From positions 11,532,001 through 11,596,000 of the forward strand of contig OZ024758.1 of assembly GCA_964016885.1 (NCBI GenBank): a stretch of DNA of 64,000 nucleotides, read 5' to 3'. The position numbers and the translations under genes are program-made. Shown piece after piece: positions 14,425-28,204 of this stretch. This DNA comes from Eledone cirrhosa (Eukaryota). The notes under the pieces are model-generated. The model searched no databases. It had not been told where the DNA came from and saw only the letters and a program-made list of their open reading frames with translations. Every line of letters starts with the position of its first letter. The stretch's first letter is position 1.

Positions 14425-14632
14425 CAGACTTGCCAACCTCTAAAAACCCAAACGGGGAATACCATGAACAAAAAATGAAAAAAAAATGGGCCCAGAATGG
14501 GGAGAAATGAGACAAAATGGGGAGATTTTACATAATGAAACCTATACCTATTTTCACAAGAGAAGACATCTCTCACCCACTCCAAAGGGGGTGAGTGATC
14601 TCCCCGTCCAACGGGGAGAGTTGACAGGTCTG
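14425..14632. mobile_element. MITE with about 14-bp TIRs (CAGACYTGYCAAC), possibly hAT-type
   Basis: 5' cagacttgccaacc and 3' agttgacaggtctg. A second, truncated inverted copy lies at 57091-57250. Confidence 0.75.
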
Positions 14633-15147
14633 ATATATATATATATATATATAAATATAAGTATGTATACGTACATACATATATGTATACGGACGTATTT
14701 CATTTTTTTCCGTTTATCGATTTCGGTGCACCCGGCCGATTAACCCACTCGATATGCAAATTGGGCTACTCAGCCATTAATATGCATAAGGAAAGTATAC
14801 ACTTTCAGACGTTCAATCATCTGGCAGGAAGGTATACGTTGCTGACGATAGCTAATAAGCTTGAAACTAGTACAGCGTTCCTTTGTCAGTGTTGAACAAA
14901 CGAACAACGATGGTTGCTAGACACTACGGCTTAATACGGGATGTTTGTTTACAAACACACCGAGCATTATAATAAATGTTCGGTGAATCCATACGTACAT
15001 ATATATATGTGTGCATGTATGTATATATATATATACATACTACTGTACGTCTGTATACATATATGTATGTACGTATACATACTTATATTTAAGTAACAGC
15101 CGTACTAAGAGTGGGAAATGAAATTTCGTTTCATTTTTTCCGCCTTT

Positions 15148-15201
<54 letters not shown>

Positions 15202-15328
15202 CACCCCCCACCTAGATTGTATGGAATACTTCTATAGTTCTATATAATCCACTCTCCCCCCCTCACACCGCGATAAAAAGTATGTAGGAACTGAATGTGT
15301 AATGTGTGTAACTATTAATTGCTAGTCT

Positions 15329-15359
<31 letters not shown>

Positions 15360-15468
15360 CAGTGGTAGTAGTAGTAGTAGTAGTAGTAGTGTGTGTGTGT
15401 GTGTGTGTGTGTCTCACGAATACAGGTGGGAATGTATACACGATAACAGGTATGAATACACTATATTT

Positions 15469-15826
15469 AAACTCTCACCATATATTATATATTACAAATC
15501 AGACATTGCTTACTCTACATACAGCTTCAATATCTAACAGCAATCACCACCTACATTACACGTATTCTACATAATCGAGAACTGACTTCTAAAACTCTCA
15601 CCATATATTATATATTACAAATCAGACATTGCTTACTCTACATACAGCTTCAATATCTCACAGCAATCACCACCTACATTACACGTATTCTACATAATCG
15701 AGAACTGACTTCTAAAACTCTCACCATATATTATATATTACAAATCAGACATTGCTTACTCTAGATACAGCTTCAATAGCTAACAGCAATCACCATCTAC
15801 ATTACACGTATTCTATATAATCGAGA
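15469..15826. repeat. 123-bp tandem repeat, 3 copies
   Basis: actctcaccatatatt recurs at 15471, 15594 and 15717. Confidence 0.95.
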
Positions 15827-16269
15827 CGTGACACTAGAATGCGACCTACAACCAACATCTAACTATTCTACACAATTGCTATCTCATGTTTTAATACAAT
15901 TCACATAGAATATACAGAATACCAGACAGCAAATGATTCCTAACCAATAAAATAACAACTGAGATAAAATATGTGTAAAAGAAATAATTAGACTAAAGAA
16001 CAAAGAACATGAATCGTATGAGACAGAAACAAATATGGCCGACAGCATTAGAGAGGAAGTCTGATAAAGATTTGCATGAAAATGTCCAAAAAATGACCAG
16101 AGAATCATTTCTTTGTTAACCACTAGGAGGAATCACAAAGTTTAAAATACTTTTATTATGGAAAACATCTAGTCATATGGTTATCTGAGTCCTCACACTC
16201 ACGGTAGTGGGCCACATGTCTTGCACCCGAGGGGGATAGACAGAATTGGAAGTGAGAAAGAGATAGAGA

Positions 16270-16560
16270 TGAAGATTCGGCACCAGTACTTGACTGGTAC
16301 TTTTTTATTGACCTCGAATAGATGAAAGATAAAGTTGACCTCGGTGGGATTCGAACTCAGAGAGTAGAGATCTAGAATCAATACCACAAAGCATTCTATC
16401 TGACATTCTAACAAGTTCAATTCTCGGACCGGGTGATGCGTTATGCCCTTGAGCAAGACACTTTATTTCACATTGTTCCTTCTACCAGCAGTTGCGACCA
16501 GTAGATAGTATTAGCAATGGAAAGACCAATGCAAACATTGTTTCCTTGGTACCATTTGAT
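16270..16560. mobile_element. divergent SINE A(-) and SINE B(+) fragments
   Basis: 16270-16410 is the family A variant core on minus. 16418-16560 is the family B body on plus. Confidence 0.7.
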
Positions 16561-16835
16561 GAGGCAAGCGAATGAGGTCTGGAATCTTGTGGATCGATCA
16601 GAGCGAGGGAGCGAGAATCATAGTAGATATAGATTATTGGTAGCTGAGATATATTTCAGAGACGTAGTGTTACAGAAGATAATTACTTTAATGCTGAGCG
16701 TAGACAGGACATTCATGTTGTAGAATTAATGGGTAAGAAAGTTTAAGATATTCACGGAAGACAAATAACAAAACAATACTGTGAACTTTTTCACTTGGAC
16801 TGGATTAACGCTATATGATGGTGGTTTAAGCTATC

Positions 16836-17640
16836 ATACCACCACCAACACCACCACCAATAACAATGCTACGATGACACTAGCACCACCACCACCACCA
16901 CCAGGAAAACTACCAGCATCACCACCACCACCACTATAACCACCACCACCACCAGCACCAGGAACACTACCACCACCACTATAACCACTACCACAAACTA
17001 CCACCACCACCACCACCACCAGCACCAGGAACACTACCACCACCACTATAACCACCACCACAAACTACCACCACCACCACCACCACCACCACAAACTACC
17101 ACCACCACCACCACCACCACCACCACCACCACCACCACCACCACCACTATAACCACCACCACTATAACCACCACCACCACTATAACCACCACCACCACCA
17201 CCAACACTACCACCACCACCACCACTACCACCAACACCACCACCACTACCACCAACACCACCACCGCCACCACCACCACCACCACCACCAGCACCACCAC
17301 TACTAACACCAGCACCACCACCAGTACCCCCACCACCACTACCAACACCACCAACACCACTACCACCACCACTAACACCAGCACCAACACCAACACTACC
17401 ACCACCTCCACTAACACCAGCACCACCACCAACACCACTACCACTACCATCACCACCACCACCACCACCAGCACCACCTCCACTAACACCAGCACCACCA
17501 CCAACACCTCCACCACCACTACCAACACCACCAGCACCACCACCAACACCACTACCACCACCACTACCACAACCACTACAACCACCCCCACCCCCACCAG
17601 CACCCCTCCACTAACACCAGCACCACCCGCACCGCCACCC
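16836..17640. repeat. (ACC)n-type low-complexity trinucleotide tract
   Basis: acc/act/aac/agc triplets. Produces the poly-Val and poly-Gly pseudo-ORFs. Confidence 0.9.
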
Positions 17641-18189
17641 ATCTCTCTTCTCGCTCTCCCTTCCTGACTGAGACATATCACCACACACAAAGACTTAGTA
17701 AGATTTCGATGATATTCAGTAATTTGAGCGTCATAATGAAATCGAACATTTGTTTGCAGTTCTGTCACTTCACCATTTGTTTTCAATCGATATGTAATGC
17801 ATTCAAATATCTAGACAAACCCATGCGATCGATGTGACTGTTGGACAGAGAGAAAAAAGATTTCAGAAATAATGTGTTAAATGAACGACATGAAGGAGAA
17901 GAGTGAAACTAAGCAGATTTTCATTTATTTTTCCCAATGAAACCGCTGCATGAAATTTATCACATTTTCAATACGATCGAAACCGCCTACAGTTTATATT
18001 ATGACGTGGGATTGAAAAGAAAATAAGAAAACTATCACATTTTTACTCCCTTTACTATCGATTTCATGTCTCTATCGAAATATTTTGATGAAGTTGTGTT
18101 TAACACTTGGCTTCAGAAATACACGAAAATACGGAAAAATAATTCATTTTAGTCTGTGTAAAACCCTAACAAACAATAAAATACAATTA

Positions 18190-18562
18190 TTCAAATCCCG
18201 CCGAGGTTAGCTTTTCCTTTCATCCTTACGGAGTCGATAAAATAAAGCACCAGTAATGCACTGGGGTCGATTTAATCGACTTTCCCCTCTCCCCAAAGTG
18301 CTGGCTTTGGGTCTATAGTAAACATCATTATTTCTGTGTTCAAATCCCACCGAGGTCAACTTTGCGATTTATCCTTTCGAGGTCGATAAATAAATTAACA
18401 CTCCAGTACTAGAGTCAATTCTTTTTCTATTTCACTTCATCCCCTTCTTTTTTGGGGCAGGAATTGGCTGTTTCGACCTGGGGAAAGATGGACACCGCCA
18501 GGTTTAAAATGCACAAGACACGCTGCGCGTCAAGACGTGACTCATCCGACTTCGTTAAGGGT
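18190..18562 (+). mobile_element. two tandem SINE A fragments, the second with the alternative tail
   Basis: ttcaaatcccgccgagg...cctttcatccttacggagtcgataaaataaag occurs twice. Confidence 0.8.
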
Positions 18563-20729
18563 TCTTTATCTATACTTTTTATGTAGATATGTTTGGGAAG
18601 TTTGCTACCCTGCGTATTGGCCGAAATGCCACAACACTTCACCCAGTAAACTGTCTGTAGCTGGTGGGTCTATTTGCTGACCACGGTGTATCTTTAACGC
18701 GATTGGGGCAATTTATAGAAAATTAACGAGGATAAAATATTTTCTCTTCCAAACAATTTAGATAGAGTTAAGAAGCAAGGAAATGATATTCACAGCTGTC
18801 TTTTTCCCAATACCACCATCTTTCATACAAATAATGATACGAAATTTTTGTTTTCCTCCTGACTGTTTATCTCATTTATAGTGGGATGGCCTGTTAGATA
18901 AACGTCCAGAAATGAGCTAAAAATAAACGCCGACCATCGTAAAATGATACTCTTCAAGCATCGTAAATTACTTACCAACTATTGAATGGAAATAGATGGG
19001 TGTAGCTTATAAATAAGATACCAGGTAGTCTGAAATAATAATAAGAATGCTAAGAAAAGCAAATTTATAAATTCATAATTTTTATTTGGTTAAACATACA
19101 GAAAAAGAAAGTAGTATTGGAAAGAACTATAAATGCCATAAATGAGAGGAAAAAGGAGAGGAACAGTAAAGACTACTAGACAAAGGAAGAAAGAAAGTGA
19201 ACAAAAGGAGGTGATGGCAAACTCTACACCTAGGTCAGAGCGGTGTTTCATCTACGACCCGCGGACAAATTTATAAGGAGATAACAATTTCCGAAACTAA
19301 TTACGATATCAGAAATCAACCCACGATAATCGCCACAAACGACACAACACATTAATATATCCATAATATTAATAATAGCCATAAACTAACCCAAAGGATT
19401 ACCGAATGCTTTAAGGCACTACATTAAAACAATAAGAGTTGAACCTCTTCTCGTTATGTTTTGGTTTTGACAAGGACGTCAGTCTGATTCTGAAACTATT
19501 TCCTGACTTATACAAACGGTTATCATAGAAATTAGGAACTTAAGACATAAGCTAACCCAAAGATCATCAATCAACTAACTGTACCGGTACTACCCAAATT
19601 TAGCAAGGTGGACGACATATTAGGGAAGTTGTAGGCAGGCAGTCTTTAGACGAAAGTGTTAATAATGCTGACACACACATACACACACACAAGGTGTCAA
19701 GCTTGTTAATAATATCCTGTACGAGATATATACTTTAGGTAATAGATGTTTGGGGGTTTGGGGCGTTGTGCGTCGTTAAGAAGCCCTAAATCCTTATATC
19801 TGCGTTTAAGTAGAAGGCATAGCACATTAGGGCGTTTAAACCCAATACCTTACTTGCGGGTACCTTTAGCACTGTCCACTCTGTTGCAAATATTCGGATA
19901 CGATTCACAGCTCACACACACTCTCTATATATACTATTTCTGCAGAAGTTCAGAATGGGAATTATATTCATTAATCGTGTACGAAAGGGCCAGCAAACGT
20001 CATGGGTACTATCTCTCCCCAACTGATTAACTTAAATACAACAATACAAGCAAATAACCTAATAAATAAACGATTCATTACAGTAATATTATACACTCAG
20101 TTAACCTTTCGGTTCTTATTTCCAGCATCTGCTGAGAAAATAGTGAACAGATTCTGTTTTGTGTCGATAAGTTTTGTTGGAATTATCACAGAAGGAGCAT
20201 GTTAAGTGGGTTCTATATTTTATGTAAGTGGTTTTATTTACGTCATTCTTCATAGCAGTTTATCATATTCTAAACATACATACTTAAAGATCATTTAATT
20301 ATTCTTGTATAATTGCTAGAAGATATATATTACTCTTACTGCAGCGTTTTCTTCGCTTCAGTCAATTGGTTTGATTTCGTTATTCAGTAATTTGAATTAG
20401 TGGATTTTGTTGAAATCGTATCCCGAGAGCTATCGGGTTAGATATAAATCAACAACGTTGAGATATGAATTAAAATATGTTGGTTGTCTCTCTAATAATA
20501 TTTAGAACTTGGAAAGAATCTAAAAAAATATCGATTTAGTTACAAAACCTAAATATAGAGTTCTCGTCTTTTCTAGCAAAGAAGTTTTATATCATCATTT
20601 ATGACGAGATGCTGATATTCAAACAGGAAAATCTCAATAAAATATAGTTTGAAGTTGTATTAAGCAATTAGAATATATATCGTATGTTTTCTCTGAGATA
20701 ATGGTTTATGGTTTAGGCACAAGACCAAC

Positions 20730-20985
20730 ATATATACATGTTCTTACAGATATACATGTTCTTACATACCAGCATGTAGACATACAGGCCCTTACTTTCT
20801 TCCCACGTGTAGACATATACGTGTTCTTACAGATATACATGTTCTTACATACCAGCATGTAGACATACAGGCCCTTACTTTCTTCCCACGTGTAGACATA
20901 TACGTGTTCTTACAGATATACATGTTCTTACATACCAGCATGTAGACATACAGGCCCTTACTTTCTCCCCACGTGTTCTTACACA
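20730..20985. repeat. 83-bp tandem repeat, about 3 copies
   Basis: cttacatacc recurs at 20761, 20844 and 20927. Confidence 0.9.
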
Positions 20986-21009
20986 CCCACACATAACAAC
21001 ATAAATGCC

Positions 21010-22555
21010 GATAACTTCTCCCCATGTGTACACATATACACATATACATGTTCTTACATATTCTTGCATGCACACCCGCAGACATACACAGCAACACCTT
21101 CTCCACATGTGTACACATATACATGTTCTTCATGCACACACGCAGACATACACACCAACACCTTCTCCACATGTGTACACATATACAGGTTCTTGCATGC
21201 ACACACGCAGACATACACACCAACACCTTCTCCACATGTGTACACATATACAGGTTCTTGCATGCACACACGCAGACATACACACCAACGCCTTCTCCAC
21301 ATGTGTACACATATACATGTTCTTGCATGCACACACGCAGACATACACACCAATACCTTCTCCACATGTGTACACATATACATGTTCTTGCATGCACACC
21401 ACAACAACATACACACCAATACCTTCTCCACATGTGTACACATATACATGTTCTTGCATGCATACACGCAGACATACACACCAACACCTTCTCCACATGT
21501 GTACACATATACATGTTCTTGCATGCACACACGCAGACATACACGCCAATGCCTTCTCCACATGTGTACACATATACATGTTCTTGCATGCACACACGCA
21601 GACATACACACCAATACCTTCTCCACATGTGTACACATATACATGTTCTTGCATGCACACCACAACAACATACACACCAATACCTTCTCCACATGTGTAC
21701 ACATATACATGTTCTTGCATGCATACACGCAGACATACACGCCAATGCCTTCTCCACATGTGTACACATATACATGTTCTTGCATGCACACCACAACAAC
21801 ATACACACCAATACCTTCTCCACATGTGTACACATATACATGTTCTTGCATGCATACACGCAGACATACACACCAACACCTTCTCCACATGTGTACACAT
21901 ATACAGGTTCTTGCATGCACACACGCAGACATACACACCAATACCTTCTCCACATGTGTACACATATACATGTTCTTGCATGCACACCACAACAACATAC
22001 ACACCAATACCTTCTCCACATGTGTACACATATACATGTTCTTGCATGCATACACGCAGACATACACACCAACACCTTCTCCACATGTGTACACATATAC
22101 ATGTTCTTGCATGCACACACGCAGACATACACGCCAATGCCTTCTCCACATGTGTACACATATACATGTTCTTGCATGCACACACGCAGACATACACACC
22201 AACACCTTCTCCACATGTGTACACATATACATGTTCTTGTATGCACACACGCAGACATACACGCCAATACCTTCTCCACATGTGTACACATATACATGTT
22301 CTTATATGCACACCACAACAACATGCACACCAACACCTTCTCCACATGTGTACACATATACATGTTCTTATATGCACACCACAACAACATGCACACCAAC
22401 ACCTTCTCCACATGTGTACACATATACATGTTCTTATATGCACACCACAACAACATGCACACCAACACCTTCTCCACATGTGTACACATATACATGTTCT
22501 TATATGCACACCACAACAACATACACGTCTGTTCCTCTTCTCCATGTATACACAT
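21010..22555. repeat. 65/66-bp minisatellite, about 23 copies
   Basis: Unit ccttctccacatgtgtacacatatacatgttcttgcatgcacacacgcagacatacacaccaata, period 65 (21161, 21226). Confidence 0.97.
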
Positions 22556-22677
22556 ATATGAGCCCTTACATACGCACACACACAGCAACCTAAACACATA
22601 CATTTATACACACATGACTAGTAAGTATGATTTGGTGAGTATTGCGGAAGTTGAGGTAAGTTGAGAAGACATATAAA

Positions 22678-23431
22678 AGAATAAACGAACGTCTATATAG
22701 TATAGTGAGATAAAATATGAGAGCTACTTGAGTGAATCACCTGTTTATCGAGTGGGGGTGTGTGTGTAATAGTATAGATTCATAGAATAAGCGAACGTCT
22801 ATATAGTATAGAGAGATAAAATATGAGAGCTACTTGAGTGAATCACCTGTTTATCGAGTGGGGGTGTGTGTATAATAGTATATATTCATAGAATAAGCGA
22901 ACGTCTATATAGTATAGTGAGATAAAATATGAGAGCTACTTGAGTGAGTCACCTGTTTATCGAGTGGGGGGTGTGTGTGTGTAATAGTATAGATTCATAG
23001 AATAAACGAACGTCTATATAGTATAGTGAGATAAAATATGAGAGCTACTTGAGTGAGTCACCTGTTTATCGAGTGGGGGATGTGTGTGTGTAATAGTATA
23101 GATTCATAGAATAAACGAACGTCTATATAGTATAGTGAGATAAAATATGAGAGTTACTTGAGTGAGTCACCTATTTATCGAGTGGGGGTGTGTGTGTAAT
23201 AGTATATATTCATAGAATAAGCGAACGTCTATATAGTATAGTGAGATAAAATATGAGAGCTACTTGAGTGAATCACCTGTTTATCGAGTGGGGGTGTGTG
23301 TGTAATAGTATAGATTCATAGAATAAGCGAACGTCTATATAGTATAGTGAGATAAAATATGAGAGCTACTTGAGTGAATCACCTGTTTATCGAGTGGGGG
23401 TGTGTGTATAATAGTATAGATTCATAGAATA
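22678..23431. repeat. 106-110-bp minisatellite, 7 copies
   Basis: Unit agaataagcgaacgtctatatagtatagtgagataaaatatgagagctacttgagtgaatcacctgtttatcgagtggggg(tg)n taatagtatagattcat. Confidence 0.95.
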
Positions 23432-23902
23432 GTAGCAAGAAAGACAGTCTGTTATACAGCCGACCCAATGTTACGTTATATAAAAATGGGTTAAGGGTAA
23501 CTAATTAGGGAAGAGTTCATAATTAAATACTTAATTATGAATTGTTTGCTGTAATAAACCAGAGTAATTAGAATAAGGGATAAAAATCCCACAACTCCTT
23601 ATGGAGTCGTAGAGGCACCATCATACGGCGTGTCTAGGGCACATTTAAACCTGGTCGAGCCCAACCATCTTCAGGTCTGAACACAAGGCATCGTCATACG
23701 GCGTATCTAGGGTACAATTTAAACCTGGTCGAGCCCAACCATCTCCAGGTCTGAAAACAACCTATTTTTTTCTATAGAGGAAGAATCGAAATTTATGTAA
23801 ATGTTATGTTTATCGTATATCGAAGTTTTCTGACCATTTTAGAATGCAAAGAGCTAAACTAATCACCCTTTGGCCTGGAACACGTAATATATATATATAT
23901 AT

Positions 23903-23949
<47 letters not shown>

Positions 23950-23957
<8 letters not shown>

Positions 23958-25134
23958 TACATGCATATGGCAGAGGAAAGTTAGTGTTGACAAATGAGGA
24001 AGGCAGTTGGTTATCAATAGAAACACCATATCTACCTGTCACCACTAAAATGCTGCCTTCCACTGCCAATATCTAGAGAAGATTAACAAGTGTATCTTTC
24101 TTCTTATTCAATTCATTGATGGCTTCTCTAAACAAAACACAGCAAACATTGTTGCACTTTTTCTATACTTCATTCTCAGTGGTTCTACTATGTTCCCTTG
24201 TTAACTCCGGGGATATATATATATATAATTGGTGTTGGGTGCTTAAAGCGTCCGTATGCGGTGGGCCGTTTGAGCACTCGATGCTCTCATAGAGCAGAAT
24301 ATGATATAAAACAGAAAAAAAAGAGAATCAGTGTTGCGACGAATGGAATTTATTGGACATACTACAATCGTTTCTCTGGCGATCAGCTCAAGGCACGATC
24401 GATTTGATCGATTTGATCGAGCTGGTCGCCAGAGAAACGATTGTAATATGTCCAATAAATTCCATTCGTCGCAACACTGATTCTCTTTTTTTCTGTTTTA
24501 TATCATACTCTGCTCTATGAGAGCATCGAGTGCTCAACCGGCCCACCGCATACGGACGCTTTAAGCACCCAACACCAATTATATATATATATATATATCA
24601 TAGTCTGCTATATGAGAGCATCGAGTGCTCAACCGGCCCACCGCATACGGACGCTTTAAGCACCCAACACCAATTATATATATATATATATATATCATAG
24701 TCTGCTGTATGAGAGCATCGAGTGCTCAAACGGCCCACCGCATACGGACGCTTTAAGCACCCAACACCAATTATATATATATATATATCATAGTCTGCTA
24801 TATGAGAGCATCGAGTGCTCAACCGGCCCACCGCATACGGACGCTTTAAGCATCCAACACCAATTATATATATATATATCCCCGGAGTTAACAAGGGAAC
24901 ATAGTAGAACCACTGAGAATGAAGTATAGAAAAAGTGCAACAATGTTTGCTGTGTTTTGTTTAGAGAAGCCATCAATGAATTGAATAAGAAGAAAGATAC
25001 ACTTGTTAATCTTCTCTAGATATTGGCAGTGGAAGGCAGCATTTTAGTGGTGACAGGTAGATATGGTGTTTCTATTGATAACCAACTGCCTTCCTCATTT
25101 GTCAACACTAACTTTCCTCTGCCATATGCATGTA

Positions 25135-25140
<6 letters not shown>
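23950..25140. repeat. about 1.2-kb palindrome with an internal 4x tandem amplification in the right arm
   Basis: 23950-24389 is the reverse complement of 24419-24590 plus 24870-25140. Loop 24390-24418. Three extra copies of an about 95-bp unit at 24596-24880. Confidence 0.95.
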
Positions 25141-25177
<37 letters not shown>

Positions 25178-25195
25178 ATATATACATGTATGTAT

Positions 25196-25277
<82 letters not shown>

Positions 25278-25399
25278 GTATATATATATATACATACATA
25301 TATATATAAATATATATATATATATAGGTATATATATATATATATATACATACATACATATATATATATATGATGTTGTAGACGCTCTTGTGTTCTTTA

Positions 25400-25434
<35 letters not shown>

Positions 25435-25453
25435 CATACATATATATATATAT

Positions 25454-25552
<99 letters not shown>

Positions 25553-25656
25553 AATACATATATATATATATATATATATATACATACATACATATATATA
25601 TATATATACATACATACATATATATATATACATACATACATATATAGATATTATAT

Positions 25657-25696
<40 letters not shown>

Positions 25697-25934
25697 GTAT
25701 ATAAACAAATATGTGTGTATATTTATATATACATATATGTACGTATATATATACATGATGTATATACACACACACACACACACATACACACACACACATA
25801 TATATATATAAAAGAAAATGAAGTGTGTCTTTCTTCTTAGTTCTTGACGTGTCCTCTATCGGTACAAACTGCTTTTTGTTGGACTCAGTGTGAAATAAAA
25901 CACACACAAACACACAAACGCACAAACGCACACC

Positions 25935-26004
<70 letters not shown>

Positions 26005-26605
26005 AACATACACACAAACACACATACACACGTAATGTCTTTTGTATGTATTTATAGATTCGCGTGTTGTGTGTGCGAGAGTTTGTACGTGAACATAAGG
26101 CCATAAAATACATATTTGTTTTTTATTCTGTTATTCTTTGAATAGATTTTCCAACTAAACTTAAAAAAAAAATTCCACGGTAATCCCACAGTCTGATTAC
26201 ATAATTGTTACCGGCTGAATTTATGAGATAATTTCAAGTCGTAAAGATCTCATTAGCTTATAGGAAGTGCATAGTCTTCGGACATATTGCATTTTGTTAT
26301 CAGAGATATTTAGTTTTTGTTTGTTGATGAAGAAAATCTCTCATGAGAAATGACAACTGCCTCAGCTGTTAACTGTAATATTTGGTGACAACAAACGTAT
26401 TTCAACTCTGTATTACATCATACAACCAATACTGCTCTGATTTGTGATCTTGTGATGTTCTCGTTTCTTATATACTGGATACTCCACACACACACACACA
26501 CACATATATATGTATATATATACATGTATATATGTACATATATATATATATGAACTGAGTTTTGAGGCAGTTTTTGAAAACGTGACGATCTTATAATATA
26601 ATTTT

Positions 26606-26797
26606 GGCGGTGGATTGGCAGTATCGGTAGAGGGTCAGACGCCATGCTTTGACGCATAGAGTTACGGCCTTTTACGGTCTGAATTCAAATCACGCTGAGG
26701 TTAACTTTGCCTTTCATACTTACGGGGTCGATAAAATAAAGTACCAGTAATGTACTGTAGTTTGCTGGCCTTGCGCCAAAAGTAGAAACAATTATTA
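26606..26797 (+). mobile_element. SINE family A, near full length
   Basis: ggcggtggattggcagtatcggtagag head, B-box gaattcaaatc, core aactttgcctttcat...ggggtcgataaaataaagtaccag, tail gtagaaacaattatta. Confidence 0.9.
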
Positions 26798-27300
26798 TAT
26801 AACTTTAAATGATTATTTGCGCAAACATTGCATTGTTTCAACTTCTAATAATTATATATATATACATATATAGATACATATATAGATACATACATATATA
26901 TACAATTGTACGCCTACATACACACACTTAACGACATCAGTCTCTCTCACTCCCTATTCTGGTGAACTTACGTGCAAGGAGACACAATTTCGTAAACAGA
27001 CAACAATAAACAGATAAAGATTTTCATGGTCTGATGCGTATCCGGATTGACATAACCTAACAACTTTATCCTCCCCCCCCACACACACACATCCCACAAA
27101 CACGCACACACACGCACACATGCGCACAACGCACGTACGCACACACACAGACACACACAGACACACACAAACACACGCACGCATAGATATATTCATTTAT
27201 CATGGCTGAACAGTGAGTCTTGATATTCTGGAGTTTCACCAGCGGAGACGACCCTGTGTGTGCGCTGGTGAAACTCCCTTATCATTTTCGCCATGATAAG

Positions 27301-27522
27301 GGTAGTAGATTGGCAGTATCGGTAGAGCGTCGGACGCCATGCTTTGCAGCATAGAGTTACGGTCCTTTATGATCTGAGTTCAAATCCCGCCCGCCGAGGT
27401 TAACTTTGCCTTTCATCCTTACGGGTCGATAAAATAAAACACCAGTAACATATTGGGGTTGATTTAATCGACTTTCTCCTTCCCCAAAATTACTGGCCTT
27501 GTGCTTATACTAGAAATCCTTA
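27301..27522 (+). mobile_element. SINE family A, full length, with probable TSD
   Basis: Family A consensus, flanked by tttcgccatgataa and tttagccatgataa. Confidence 0.88.
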
Positions 27523-27672
27523 TTTTAGCCATGATAAATGAATATTTAAACTCTACACTGCATTGAGTATTCTTTTCTCTCGTCACTCAACTACACACGG
27601 ACTTCGGCTACGAAAACATCTTTTCTCTCCACCCTCTTGGGGTTTCGGAAATATAACCTTTTTACATAAGAT

Positions 27673-27753
27673 GTTGTCTGATGATATCACGTGATTGGCT
27701 ACGTGATTGAAGAGTCACGTAGTCACGCTCACCGCTGAAATATGTATCAGAGC
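27673..27753 (+). ncRNA. type I hammerhead-like motif with extended stem II
   Basis: GTTGT-CTGATGA-[tggctacgtgatt/agtcacgtagtca hairpin]-GAAA-TATGTA-TC-AGAGC, followed by AATAAA at about 27760. Confidence 0.55.
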
Positions 27754-27820
27754 TTTGTTAATAAAGAATTTTTAAACACCTTCATACCGAATTTCTCTTT
27801 TTCCTTATTCTCTCTCTCTC

Positions 27821-27866
<46 letters not shown>

Positions 27867-27902
27867 TCTCTCTTTCTCACTCTCTCTCTCTCGCTTTCTC
27901 TC

Positions 27903-27997
<95 letters not shown>

Positions 27998-28163
27998 GTC
28001 TAGCATTGATATTTGTTAGATCTTCTGTTGGAATGAGTTGTATCATTTGTTCCTGTTTTCTCGTCTCAAGTTTCAAATCAAAGCGAAGTCAAATCCGCGT
28101 TTCATCTTTCTAGCATCAATAAATAATCTCTCATTTATTTTGGTATATTCTCTCCTTCTCCTC

Positions 28164-28204
<41 letters not shown>

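Noticed and set aside
19745-19885. Telomere-like or structured GC-richer patch (ccctaa, ttaggg)
   Set aside because: Only isolated hexamers, with no array and no recognisable RNA family.
20792-22664. 400-600 aa Cys/His-rich ORFs in all six frames
   Set aside because: They come from a 65/66-bp stop-poor minisatellite. Being open in all frames indicates composition, not coding.
26220-26420. GIY-YIG-like scraps on minus here, and at 13520-13585 on plus
   Set aside because: Similarity is too weak to support without a profile search.
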